NCBI GenBank assembly: GCA_050575255.1
Contig: JBNZDD010013726.1
Location: forward strand, 2,611,763 to 2,675,762
Length of the DNA stretch: 64,000 nucleotides
From: Harriotta raleighana
Lineage: Eukaryota
Direction of reading: 5' to 3'
Below, in pieces: positions 25,692-38,456 of this stretch. Position numbers and translations under genes: made by a program. The notes beneath the pieces were generated by a model, which did no database searches, had not been told where the DNA came from, and was given only the letters and a program-made list of their open reading frames with translations. Every line of letters starts with the position of its first letter. The stretch's first letter is position 1.

Positions 25692-26230
25692 CAGCAAAAC
25701 CTTGTTTATCCGGCACCCACGGGACCTGGCCATTTAAAAAAAATAATAATTATTTTAACACATACCATATTAATAATGGACTAAATAAAAACAGAATATT
25801 GTATAAGTACTTTATTATTTATATTTATTTATTTATACTTAATTTCGCAATTGCAGCCCTCACCCGACAGAGGTAAAAAAAACATGACTTTTAAAAGGAT
25901 CAGGAACAAATTTAGACCCGACTAGCGGCCAGCCGCGAGTACCTGCATCAGTATCAGTACTTTATCATTTATAATTAACTTCACAACGCAATCCTCACCC
26001 GATGGAGGTAAAAAAAACGCAACTTTTAAAAGGAGCAGGTGCGAGTTTAGACCCGACTAGCGGCTAGCTGCAAGTACCTGCACCTGTACTCGCTTGCGAC
26101 AGTCCATTCATTAAACGCGTCATCACTATTTGCCGGATAACTTCCGGTTTATCGAATTGGGACTTTTTTTGAGATGGTGGTTGTACGGGTTTTCCGGTCA
26201 TCGAGTCACAGATAAACTGTAGTAGTACTG
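25692..26230. mobile_element. Tc1/mariner (Tigger-like) non-autonomous DNA transposon with internal tandem duplication
   Basis: TA|CAGCAAAACCTTGTTTATCCG ... CAGATAAACTGTAGTAGTACTG|TA imperfect TIRs; CpG-rich interior; ~100-bp unit at ~25847-25947 repeated at ~25988-26081. Confidence 0.65.
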
Positions 26231-27085
26231 TAGTAGGGTTTCTATCCATCCAGTTTAGAACCTGTTTGAATGTGTTTTTAAAAAATATTAAAACAGATTA
26301 AAGCAGAATTGCATTTTCCAATTTCTCCTGTGTCAAACAATAATAATAATAGTTGCATTTGATATATCGCTTTTCACATCTTTTAGACATCTCAAAGCAC
26401 TTCACAAAATGTACTGAATTGACTGTATATTTGTGGGCGAAACAAATACGCAGATCCAGGTTTTGTGAATAGTCCTTGCATTTGATATAGCACTCTGCTG
26501 TATTTAAATTAATGTTAAAATTTTGTCCAACACACTTTCTGGGTTTGGGTCTGACTGGATTCATTTATTGTAATTCTTCTGAATTTACTGTAATCATCAT
26601 TTTATCATGGTTATTTGTTTATCTGAGGTCAGGAGTTTATCTTAGTGACTAAGAATGTTCCCGCTAACTTAGTTAATTTATTGTTAAAACCCACAGTCAC
26701 ATTATTACATTTCCACAAGTACTGTAGCAGTGAAGTCCAACTGCAACAAGTTGCATTTATATTGTTCTTCATGTAATGTAATGTCTTAGGAGTGCTACAC
26801 AAGGATGTTTTTTGGATGCTGAGTAAGAAAATGGGGAGGGGTGGTAGTGGCCATAAAAGAGATACGTTTTAAGGTAGGACTTTGAGTTTTAAGGTGAAGC
26901 ACTTTTTGATGACTCAAAGACATAATAAAGCACTATGTCAAATGTAAAAAATCTCCAATTCGAACATGCTTCAAAACTCCACGTAGAGCTTGGTCAGAGG
27001 AGGGAATAGTCTCTAAAACAAACTAGATTGAAAATTGATTGTAAGTCACTTAGGAAGCCAAATGACCAGACACTATAATCACTCT

Positions 27086-27291
27086 GAAACTAAAACAGAA
27101 GTTGCTGGGATAACTCCAGCATCCATGGTGAAAGGAAAGTGAGTCATCGTTTCAGATCCATGAAGTGTCGTGGAACCAAAACGTTGATTCACTATCCTTT
27201 CTCCATGGATGCTGCCTGAGCTCCTGAGTTTTCACAGCAACTTCAGTTTTTTTGTTTCAGATTTCCAGCATCTGTAGTAATGTGTTTTGAT
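27086..27291. mobile_element. Fold-back (palindromic) Penelope pseudo-LTR-derived element with 12-bp TSD
   Basis: Arms GAAGTTGCTG...CAGCATCCATGGTGAAAGGA and TCCTTTCTCCATGGATGCTG...CAGCAACTTC; TATAATCACTCT at 27074-27085 and 27292-27303; homologous to 48993-49086. Confidence 0.85.
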
Positions 27292-29489
27292 TATAATCAC
27301 TCTTCCCTTCTTAACAGTAAAGTGAAAACTTGACTTGTTTCCAGTTGTTCCTTAGACCCTGGTGAAACATGAATAAAACAGAATTTTGACTCAGACTATC
27401 CCCCCCCCCGCCCATCCCAAACTATACTCACTAATGTTCAGTTTGGATAAGTTATATAAAAATGCCTAAGTTCAAAGAAAACTGGAACTCCTCAGTGCCC
27501 TCAAAATATACCAGTTTACTCTTCTGCTGTATATATCTCCAAGGCATGTTACCAGGTTACAAGAGCAGAACGTTAGTGAGTGATGAGGTTATCGTACTGC
27601 TGATTTTCCTGACCCTTGAAGCGTACATTTTCTTTATTGGGTTTTAAAGAAAAAATACAAATGTGTTTTCTTTACGAGAAATTATAATGGGATTCATATG
27701 ACAGCAGACACCACTAATGCTCTTTTTCAGCGAACTTCCCCTTCAGGTGAGAACAATCTTCAACCACAGCTGAAGTTGATGCCAATTGACATTCTGATAA
27801 CCTACCAGAAGTTAGTTCATAAAACAACAGTCACACAAAGGGGGTGTAATCATATAAACATGCTGAACTATGTTACTCCACTATATTTTGACTGTCAACT
27901 AGAGCTGAAGAAGTCGTCAGTGTGGATATCATCATGCATCAGTCATGTGGACAACACTGGCCTTTAGTGCATTGACTGAGAACCACTACTGGCAAAAATA
28001 CACTAAAAGTCCAAGTTCAATAAATTTACCTTACAAGGTTCATAAAATACAGTATATTACAAAATTTAATAGACAATTTCAGTGATTTCAAGATAGGAGT
28101 TCACATAGCACTTTACAAATGCCTCAATTCACTCTCACAATCATTGAATTCATATGAGCCCCTTGATTAAATGACAATTCTGGAATTGCTCCTGTCCAGT
28201 CAGTATTCTGCATATAAACAAACCATTTGAATTTCTAGATGCGATTACAAGTTAAAATTAAATACGGGTAACTATTATTGTCCAATGAAACCATTTGAAT
28301 TGAACATTAGAATAATACCTTCCTACGACTCATAAGTAAACCCTATGTTGTATGATTTCTGCGATAGGACACTGCAAAGATAAGTGTCTGGACTGTCTGG
28401 GAGGAATTCAAAGCAACAAATATAAACATACCTCATCCAAGCAAATACATACCTGATCCAAATAAACCAATGGATCAAAGCATTGCAGATAATAATAATA
28501 ATAGTACTTGCATTTGATATAGGACTTTTCATGTCTTCTAGACGTCTTAAAGCCTTCACAGTATATACTGTACTTGACTATATATTTGTGGGCAAAACAG
28601 ATACACTTCTATTACAATGCTACTACATAAAATCCCAAAGGACCAAATCTTTTTGTATTTACTCCTACTCTATACGACTTTTAATAGAAAATAGCAAAAC
28701 CCTTCTTCTGATTAATGTACTTAATGTACTTAGTGCTTCCAATGCAAGCATCAAGAACTGTCAGGTCTGGTATCTAGAGAAGGAGGTTAAAGCTTTCTCA
28801 ACTTTGCCCTGATATTGGGGTAAAATTGCATTAATCAGTAACTCTGGTGGGTTAATACAGCTAATTTTCCACTTGTGGGTAATTCTACCAATGTGTGAGC
28901 TTATAATAAGAAAATTCCATCATAAAACTATATCACCAATGAGACGCTTCATTTGATGCCATAAACCGCAAAAGCAAAGTTCAAGCAGTTAATAATCAGA
29001 GCAGAACCTCGTGTGACAATTCTAAAAACCCGGTAGGTTTAATGACATATACAGTACTTCGCTGCTATGCACTTGGTAGGTTGTGAATTTATTCCTTTGC
29101 AGTCTGTTTTTCCCAGTAGATAAGAGAGTGCTGTGGTACACATAGTCCAGCCAGCTGAAGTGTGAAGGATTGATGATCGTGATGTGAATATTGCAAGTTC
29201 ATTGAATAATTATTTGCAGTTGATGACCGGGAAATAACACGGCTGGTATCTATTACAATGATTAATCAAACAAACAGCCCTGTGTTAGGCTCACTCCACA
29301 TTCTGAATGAATGAGGAAACCGATGCAACAGCTTTGAATGCTCCACACCGATAAGTTATTCTCAAAGCAATTAACCGCATCAAATCCTGTTTGTCAGATG
29401 AAGAATCTATTTAAGTGTAATAAATAAAATGCACGCATTTGCAACACATCTCGAACTGTTTCAGACAACAATTTACTGTTTTTTTCTGC

Positions 29490-29780
29490 AAATGTGGAAG
29501 CTAATAGCAGCAACAATTCACAAACTGTAAATAGATGAACAACCAAAAATAACCTGTTGAGTGGGGGACACAGCGAACAATTCCAAAACCTACTTTTCCT
29601 TCAAAGATACCAATATGATCTAAAATGTCCACTTAAACCCCAACAAGCAGATGGGAAGTCATATTAATGTGTCATGTGAAGGACAACATTTCCATTAATA
29701 CCCTAGCTGTTTTGTACAATATTTGACTGGTATCTAGATCATTAATTCAAGTTATAGTGTGGGGTTCCAACCCTCAACTT
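29490..29780 (-). mobile_element. Highly diverged Deu-domain SINE
   Basis: CACAAACTGTAAATAGATGAAC, ATGATCTAAAATGTCCAC, TTAATGTGTCATGTGAAGGACA, CAACCCTCAACTTCTGA resemble the reverse complement of the Deu core and head. Confidence 0.45.
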
Positions 29781-31839
29781 CTGAAGGCCTTATACATATC
29801 TTGCAGTATGATAGCACTGCATTTTTGAAGTGTTCACTCAGACACAAAATTGTAGTATGTACTTTGGTCTTGGCTATTCAGATAACTGATTGTGCGTTGG
29901 CTTCAAAAGGGAAAAGAAACAAATGGAGAGAACAACCTCATCAACAGTGGAAATATATCAGCCAGGACAACAAAGGTAGTTTCAGCTCACCCAGTGATCC
30001 TTTTTACAGACAGCATCAATAAAGGCCTGCCTGATAGCAGGGTGATTTGCCTATATTCTTTGCTTTTTAATGGTTTGTGCGAAGGGCAAAGCAAAGCAAA
30101 GAGGGAGGAATCAAATGCCACACAAGAAATGGAAAGAAAAACAAGCTAAAGACCAATGAAACATGTTCTTCTTTCTTATTTTCAGTGACTTCTGCTTTTA
30201 ATTGCTGAATAAATCAATTCAATCAAATGCTTCTGGGTGCAAATTTACACATGGGCTATTTTGAGGAAACTGTGGTTCAAGCAAACTATTTCTTAGCAAA
30301 TAGTTCTGTATTTCCCAAATTACAAGGCTATGTTTCCAGATGCACAATAACACATAATTGTAGCTCTTACTACATCTGGGAAAGATCTGATTCTCTAAGG
30401 ATGCTGAAATTCCAATGTGGGATAGCTCTGTGCAGTTTCCCATCTTACTTCCATTAATCATTCTGTAGGTGACCGAGGACAGCCCAGAGGAGCATAACCA
30501 TGATCTTTCCCCTTCACGAGAAATTGAATGAAAAAAATTGGGGGCGGTTTACGGTAAACTGTGTCATTGGCTTGAAGAAAACATTTTGGTGAATTCCTGA
30601 GCAATTACTAAAGGTCATTTACTTCTCACTAGCTTCTCTTTAAATGCACCATCATATGCCCTTCCCAGACATGTTGAAGTATTACTTCCTCATTTTCAAT
30701 TCATTTTTATTTTGACTGCTTTAGATGTCCTTTTCTTAGATAGGTGGTAACAAATTGGTACAAGTAAGATAATACTGCATTTAAAAAATGCTCCCACTTT
30801 TATTTACCCCTCTCCTACTCTCCTTCCCCTTCCCCGATTCTTCCCCCCCGCTCGGGTCTTGACCTCCCAACGTGAAAGGCACTCTATAAGTGTAATTTTG
30901 TTGTTGTTGTTGTAGTACCTTCAGCTGCCTATTACCAGACAATCTTACTTTCCCTCTCCCTTCCCTTTCTCACTGAGGGATAACATTACGCCCTAAACAA
31001 CTTCAATCCAAATAGATTGAGCAGGCTGAGAACAAATGGATAATTTTCCTCAATGGAAGGATCAGCTGATGCTTGGAGCCACAAGCAATTACAAAAGAAT
31101 AGGTCTATCAAAAGATATTCAGTCATTTTCCTGAATGAGGATCAGGCACAATTGAGTTGTTCTGTGATCGTGCTGCATTCTGTGTGCTCCTGGATTTGGC
31201 AGTCCACCCTGGGAGAAGCCAATGCAATATCTTCTATGAAAATAATCTGTCACACGTACTTTAGCTGCTGGTGCTGATATACAGTATTGGGTTCAAACAC
31301 TGTCACCAATCTAATAGTACGTGATATACTGATTTATTCATTCACTTTTGGTAACTTTCTCTCTTTGGACGGGAACAGGACATATTCTCGTCTTTAATGT
31401 TGAGCACACACAGGGAAGGAACAACATGCTTTATCTGCCTGAATAATGAGATTTAACATGATGCTTATTGCAGCCACTTTGTTATCTCTTGGTGATCTTG
31501 CCAACAAATACTGGATTTTCTANGTGCTTTATCTGCCTGAATAATGAGATTTAACATGATGCTTATTATTATCAGTACGCAGAGCTATTGCACATTGCGG
31601 CCACTTTGTTATCTCTTGGTGATCTTGCCAACAAATACTGGATTTTCTAATGTTGACTATTAGGAACATAGTTTAGACTTGACTAACCAGATTTCATTAC
31701 AAACAGCAGACAAAGGATATTTCAGACATCAGCCTGAATTAGATTCACAAGAGATAAAAGTGAAATCTACTGTACCAGCTAGTCATGATATTAAATATTG
31801 ATGCACATAAAAGTATTAAGTAGAAAAACACCCCAAGGC

Positions 31840-31851
31840 TGACCTTGACCT
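31840..31851 (-). promoter_or_regulatory. Perfect DR0 nuclear-receptor motif (AGGTCAAGGTCA)
   Basis: TGACCTTGACCT on the + strand. Confidence 0.3.
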
Positions 31852-33294
31852 AGTCACTCAATACCTTGAAAAGTATACAAAATATCAAATTATTTAGCTT
31901 GATAACAAATGTGATGCTGTCACATTAAATGAACAAGTAAAACCTGATCTTTGGGAAACTTTTAATCTCCTTTCCTTGTTTTTGCATTTTGTTTTTGTGA
32001 TTAAAAAAAACCCATCAAAACAGGACCAAAACGTCACATCTCGAATAAATTTTTCTCTTAATCACCTGGGACTGAGAGTGAGGTAATTTAACAGATTGTT
32101 CATCACCAGAAATTACTTCTTAAAATGAGAGATAACTGTTTACAATCAGTGTTTCGCACCTTCAAATGCCATGGTAGTGTCCCACTCTACGCTTTTGACA
32201 CCAGATTATTTTTGCTTTCGCCCACTCATCTCTCTTGCAACACAACCTTTCAGTTTACCAGAATATATAATGAATTTATTCCACTGATGACTCTATCTCT
32301 GCAAAAATAGATTGTAAGTGTCCATTCTCTTGAATATCCCCTTTGTAGGAGTGATATCAGGAGAGAATCTAAACACATTCACATTCAGGAAATGATACAT
32401 CTGATTTTTCCAAAGATGAAGGTCAAAGGTACAGTCAGTTCCTTGACAACTCGAGGTCTGGTCCTTGCACACTGTACCCCACCGCCCCCCGCCCCCCCCC
32501 ACACACACACACACATGGAACAGCTAAGAGTGAGTGTATCTGAACTATCAATAAATTTGAAAGTGTTAAACCCATCAAACCATTAGAAAGATTTGACCAC
32601 TGACTGTCACTTGAATGTCAGCAAAAAAATCTGAATATGGAACAAGGTACTGTACATTGGTACAAGCAAGTGGTAAGTGACTAGTGGAGGGAAGAGCACA
32701 ATGGATCTGACATAGGTATAAAGAAATAAAACAGAAGTCCTGCAATCACAGATATTGCTACTGGGAAGCTGACAAGTGTTTTGATCTCTAGTATTTTCAA
32801 AGCTGCTGTAATGCTTACCTAACGCAGTGTGTGAGTAGAAGTTCCTAGCCTTGCTGTTTGTATTTGTGTGAACAAGATCTCACCTACAACAATGAAATTC
32901 AGGGAACTGACAGGGGGCTGCATCTCTTATTTCTTTCTCATCTTCAATAAAAAGGAGTTTAAAATCAATCAATTATTTCATTTATATAGCGCCTTTCACA
33001 TCAGGAGGACGTCCCAAGGAGCTGAATAATAAAACAAAATAAAAATGCTATATAGCACTTTTCAGCACCTTGGGATGTCCGCCCGAGGTGTAAGGTGTTC
33101 TACAAATGTAATTCTGTTGTTGTTTTGTTGTTTCACATTATCAACAACAACAATTTGCACTTACATTTTCTCTTTGACCATGCTTACAGTCATATTCCCC
33201 AGCCTCGGGCTCCACCATTGTGAAACACTCTGAGACGCCACCCGGCATGAAGGGCGCTATATAAATGGGAGTTGTTGTTGTTGTATATGGTACA

Positions 33295-33490
33295 GTGTAG
33301 TGACTGTATTTTGCACACATCAACTTCCCACAAACATCCCTAAAATAAATCACCAATTTTATCTGGAAGATTATTGGCCAGGACATAAAGAAAAACTCCC
33401 ATCCCTTTTCCAATCATGCCATGGCATCTTTAAAATCCACTTGAACAGGCACATTGGACCTCGGTTTAACATCTCACCTGAACAACATTG
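33295..33490 (-). mobile_element. Deu-domain SINE fragment
   Basis: CCCACAAAC, TATTGGCCAGGACA, AAACTCCC, GCCATGGCATCTTT..TCCAC, CCTCGGTTTAACATCTCA. Confidence 0.7.
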
Positions 33491-33742
33491 AGTTTGCTGT
33501 GATTTCAAACATTTGGAAGAGTCTGGGCAACTAGTTAGCAGAAATAAACATAGCGCTATCTTGCGTGACTTACACAGCTGGTTATTATGAATATGTTGAT
33601 CTTTGGGAATGGTTTTCAAGTGAAACTCCAGGTTCCCCCAAATTCCATATAAATTCCACCAATATTCCATTTAGAAAGTAAAATAAGGATTGGTATTAAT
33701 CATGCCAGTTCCTCCTATCTCACTACTGACAGCTAAACAAAC

Positions 33743-33865
33743 CATAGAATCATAGAAGGAACACAGACGGAGGTCATTCAGCACATCGTGTCTGTGCCGG
33801 CTCTTTAAAAAGAGCTATTCAAAGTCAATCCCACTCCCCATAGCCCTGCAAACTCATCCTCCCCA
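33743..33865 (-). mobile_element. CR1-type LINE 3' end
   Basis: CATAGAATCATAGAA terminal repeat, GGAGGTCATTCAGCACATCGTGTCTGTGCCGGCTCT, CCCATAGCCCTGCAAA. Confidence 0.75.
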
Positions 33866-34314
33866 GATGCACACCCGAGTTCCTCCTGTAGGTTCCTGCA
33901 ATGGCTCAGGTTTTAATGCCATTGCCTACCTGAAACAAAGCTACAGAGATCAGAAGAGTCGTGGACTGGATCCCTGGCTAGGGTATTGTTGGAAGAACAT
34001 TTTGCATCAGCATCCCCAGTTTCGGGAATGGAAACAGGTCACCAAGGGATGAGCTATTGAGAAAGTCTGAGATTGAGTATTTAATTATTTATTATTATGA
34101 GATCAAAATGAATTTTAGGTATAAATCTAACCATAAATTCTGATTATTTTTCTCCCTCCTTGGCTGGCTCCTCAGGCAATCCCCTAATTAAGAGGTTTCT
34201 TCTTAATATATTGATGCTATCTGTAATGCAAAATTAGTCTTTCACTTTAATATGATAATAATCACTCTGTTGATTTAAAAAACGTGAAATACTGTAGCTG
34301 CTTGAAAACTGGTA

Positions 34315-34414
34315 TAAACCCAGAAATCACTGGGAACACCCAGCATTCCCTGGCAGCATCCATAGAGAGAGGAAATGAGTTAACTTCAAAGGTCAATGAT
34401 CTTTCGTCAGAACT
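34315..34414 (-). mobile_element. Penelope pseudo-LTR fragment with degenerate hammerhead core
   Basis: Reverse complement reads AGTT-CTGACGA-AAGATCATTGACCTTT-GAA-GTT-AACT...TATGGATGCTGCC, homologous to 48993-49086. Confidence 0.7.
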
Positions 34415-34736
34415 CATTCCATTGATAAAGTCTTTTTCACATCAGGAGGGCAACTCAAAGTGCAAATATCTCTCTGAATTGATGCAACTTTGAAGGTGTT
34501 TCTTTGCTTCACACTTTTAGACCATTAGTTCAGAGAATGGCTTGACCAGGAATTCACGATTGAACCTATACCAGCCCCAACACACTGATTACTCAGAATG
34601 AATTCTTGACCATTTTAGAAATGGAAGGAGATGACATAGTAAATTAAAGAAAGCACGTGGAATACTCGTGATGCACTTGAATGGGCTGCTTGAATCACAC
34701 TTACTTCCCTTTTACGGCAGAAAAGCAGTAGTGGTC

Positions 34737-34748
34737 AGTGACGTCACT
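34737..34748. promoter_or_regulatory. Full CRE palindrome
   Basis: AGTGACGTCACT, a 12-bp palindrome containing TGACGTCA with its CpG retained; an E-box CACGTG lies ~80 bp upstream. Confidence 0.3.
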
Positions 34749-36299
34749 TAAACGGTGGCTTTACTGAAATTCACACATATGTGAAACTTGTTGGCCAAGG
34801 CTGTGGTATTCATGAGACCTTTGGGTTAGGTTGTTTGAAAACTAGGTTTTTTAGTGGATTTCCGTGGAGGCTTTCACTATGTTTACTTTGTGCTGTATTA
34901 TACATGGCACCTGTGAAACTATTTCCAAATGCAATCAAAGATGTTTATCTACTATAAAAAGAGATAGACTCTAGATGATTTCTGTTGATTTCTCTCAATC
35001 TACTCCACAAACATCAACTCATCCCAACCTGTGTGGGTCAGTTCTGTAACAGATATCCCACCCCCCCACAATCACTGTCCTGGTCAAGCTACACTGATTC
35101 CCACTGTGGGATTTCCGACACCTGATCAAATTCTCCACAACCTCACTCGGGTTATTGTGATTATCACTCGCCTAAGAATCAGAAGCATCTTGGGCTTTCA
35201 GGAAAGCACAGTAAGAGGAAACCATCCAGCTCCTTGGGCTTGCTCAAACCACAGTGAGAGGAAATCCTTGCACCAAGAGGAAATCACACACGCTTAAGAC
35301 TCGGGCATTGACAATCATACGAATATCGAAAGCAGATATTCCAGTCACTGTGAGTGGGAACTTTGCACTTTTTCCACTCCCCAGTCTGGGCGTGCTGAGA
35401 TCTATTTTAATGCTCGCAACAACCGTTGTGGCTGAGTTTAGCAAGCAGGCCTGAACTACATAAATAATTGATGTACTCCTATCTCCCAGATATTTGTTTG
35501 TTTCTTCCATACACTGGTCACTGCAATTTGGATGTAAGGATCATCAATGCAAATGTGTTGGTGCACTATTTTCGATCAAAGATCAGCGTTCGCCAGAAAA
35601 GAGAGTAGAGGAACAAACATGGACATTAAATATAATGACAGGTTTTATAGCGCCTTATCATGTCATTGAGATGTCTCAAAGTGCTTCACAGAATATATTG
35701 TAAAATGTACCAATTGTATACTTAGTGGGTGAAATGAAGCAGTCTATGTTACCTTGAATATTATACAAGACAAGTGCTAAGGTATGTCCTCCTGAGATAA
35801 AAGGTGTTATATAATTGCAATTTATTGTTGTTTACAACCATAAGTTATTGTTATGATCTCTGTAACTCTTGATTATAGAAAACATTTTTTTAAAGGAGAA
35901 ATGTAATTTAAAGAAGGGTTGGAATGTTTTAAAATAAGAATAGGAAATCCCAATTTATAGATAGCAATTTTGCTGCAGCTAGTGGGCAGTGAATAGTTCC
36001 TCCCAATATGGACTGAAGTCTGTGTTGAGAGCTTTCATTTTGTTAAAGTGATATTCCTCTTTTATTAACAATGTAAGTTTCTATTAAATATGGAATACAA
36101 TTTATTTTCCAAAGCACAGGTACCAGCAGATGCAAACATTACAAACTATCCACTTGCCTTCAGTTTGTTTATTGTAATATGGTGCATGCTTTATCTGGTG
36201 CACGATATTGCAGTAGAATTTTTGGATCATTTATGCGCTGTGCGTACCTTAAAATTCGCTAATAAGCTACTAACGTGATAAAAAGCAGCTTGAGAACTG

Positions 36300-36545
36300 C
36301 TTTGCGTGGCAGGCTATACACACCATCCCTTCATTCCTGGATCATGGGCTCAAATCCAATTATAGACTTAGAGAATTGAGGATTCCTTTATCTGTTGACT
36401 AAAAGCGTTCCATATGAAATGAGTTCAGGTTGTCTCGAATTATCCACAGTTAAAAAAAAATCATAAATTGGCATTGAATTGGCAATCACTGAAGGTTGAT
36501 GTTCGAAATGGAAATGTCACATTGGCAGTTGTCCCAGAACTTGAA
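36300..36545 (+). mobile_element. Ancient LF-SINE-like remnant (possible second copy at ~24225-24480)
   Basis: GGGCTCAAATCCA (B-box-like), TATGAAATGAGTT and AATTGGCATTGAATTGGCA resemble LF-SINE consensus motifs as I recall them. Confidence 0.4.
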
Positions 36546-38456
36546 GAAGCTTTTTTTTCTGTCTACTATGCAGCTTTTTTCCTGTATATTTCCTGTTTAT
36601 TTTGCTGTATATGCCCAAAAGAGAATGATTTGCATCAATGATAGGTTATTTCTGCAGATAGAGAAAAAATCTGATCTGTGCAATTCCCACTTTGGTTAAC
36701 CCTTGATAAAATGTGATTCGTGACACAATTACAGCACCATTTGGAAATTTAAAGAAGGCATTTTTGAACCTGGCGCAAAACGAGAAGAATTGCAAAGTTA
36801 ATTTGTCTGCCATTTTGATTCTAAATGAAATTCAGCTGCTCTTTAGCTGGAGGAGAGTTACTTTGGGGCACAGCTTTGAGGATGGCGTTAAAAGCGATCA
36901 ATAAAGCAAAGCAAAAGATTCGACCCATACTTTATTGAGAACCAACAAAGGAAGACTGTTTTATTTTCCAGCACTAACAATTTCATCAGCAGAAAAGAAT
37001 ACACCACAATATCCTGTCCTAAAGCATTCCGAGACACGACCCTGAGTGAAGGTCGCTATATAAATGCAAGTTACTGTTGTTGTGATTGTTGCAAAGAGGC
37101 TGAGACCATCACAAGGTCCTGTTTCCTTGGGGAAAGAAACTCTATCTACTAATAGAAACTTTATAGATTCTTCATTTAATTATTCTGCATCTATACAATC
37201 GGATACAATGAAAATCCCACTGCATACAACAAACGGAATAATGTTATATGCAAAATGTGGGAGTTATGGAGACAAACAATAGGCACAAAAGAAATCACAG
37301 CATTTGGCTGATTTATGAAATTACAAGAATGGAGTGTTGTTCCTTAAGTACAATCAATGATTGATGAGGGAGGATAATATGTTATGTCACACATTGAAAT
37401 TGTGAAAGACTTATGGAAGGAATGGGGGATAAAATTCAGTCATTTATATTTGATTTTTACCAATCTGCAAAACATTTTTTTTTTACCAATCGACCTATCT
37501 ACCTATTAAACAGACTATTGTAGGAGGTATGTTAGTACCAGTGTTCTACACTTGTGGCCTCTTGTGTGTCATTGTTGGGAGAAGACTATTTTATTTAGTA
37601 CAGTAAACTTGATACTTAATATGATTCAAAGAAGTGTGACCCAGAAACATGATGTGATGAAGAGTAACCCAGCAGTACGGTGTGATGAATCAAATTGCAA
37701 ATAATCTCTGAGATTCTCAGACACTTGGCACTGTGCAAAGCACCACAGAGAGGCAACACTGGTAAATAAATGTATCCAGTCACTAAAATATCCAGCAACA
37801 TATTTTAATATACTGTATTAACTCCATTTTTAAAAAAAAAACCCATACACATGCTGCCTATTAGGATCTATTTATGTACATGTTGTCTTTGCCCCCAGGG
37901 TTCCTGCAAGAATAAGCACTGCGGTTTACCTTATGTTAATATTCTTAGGAAGAAAGTGAATGGCCTGACAGCTAAAAATAATAGAGGAACCAGATCTTCT
38001 CCCTTTTAACCACTTACACATTGGTTCTAGGGCATTTGAAATTGTGATTAATGCCACCTGAGTTCAGCCAAGCAGAAACCAAACAGCCTTTTATTGAAAT
38101 ACAAGCTCTGTAGAGAAGTTTAGATTCAAACCCAAACAACCCTCAAAGGAATGCTTCAGAGAAGACTCAAAAGAAAATTCTCATATTTCAGCCTTAGCCT
38201 TCTATCTGCCATTTTCTTAAGTAAATGTACTTCATTTCTTCCTGGTAGGAAACTTTTATTTGGCTCTTTGCCTGATAAACATCTGCCCGTGCATTAGAAT
38301 TATTGCAGTCTTCACACTTCACCCAAGCAACTTTTATAGGCCACAGTGGAAACTTAGATGGGTGGTGGGGGGGGGGGGGGGGGCAGTGTATCATTATATT
38401 CAAACTGAATTCAACACTTTATTATTCCTAAAGCAGAATTTATATCTGATGTAATA

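Noticed and set aside
31427-31649. Tandem duplication with a ~30-bp insertion in the second copy
   Set aside because: Split by the N at 31523; most likely two alleles of a heterozygous indel placed side by side by the assembler
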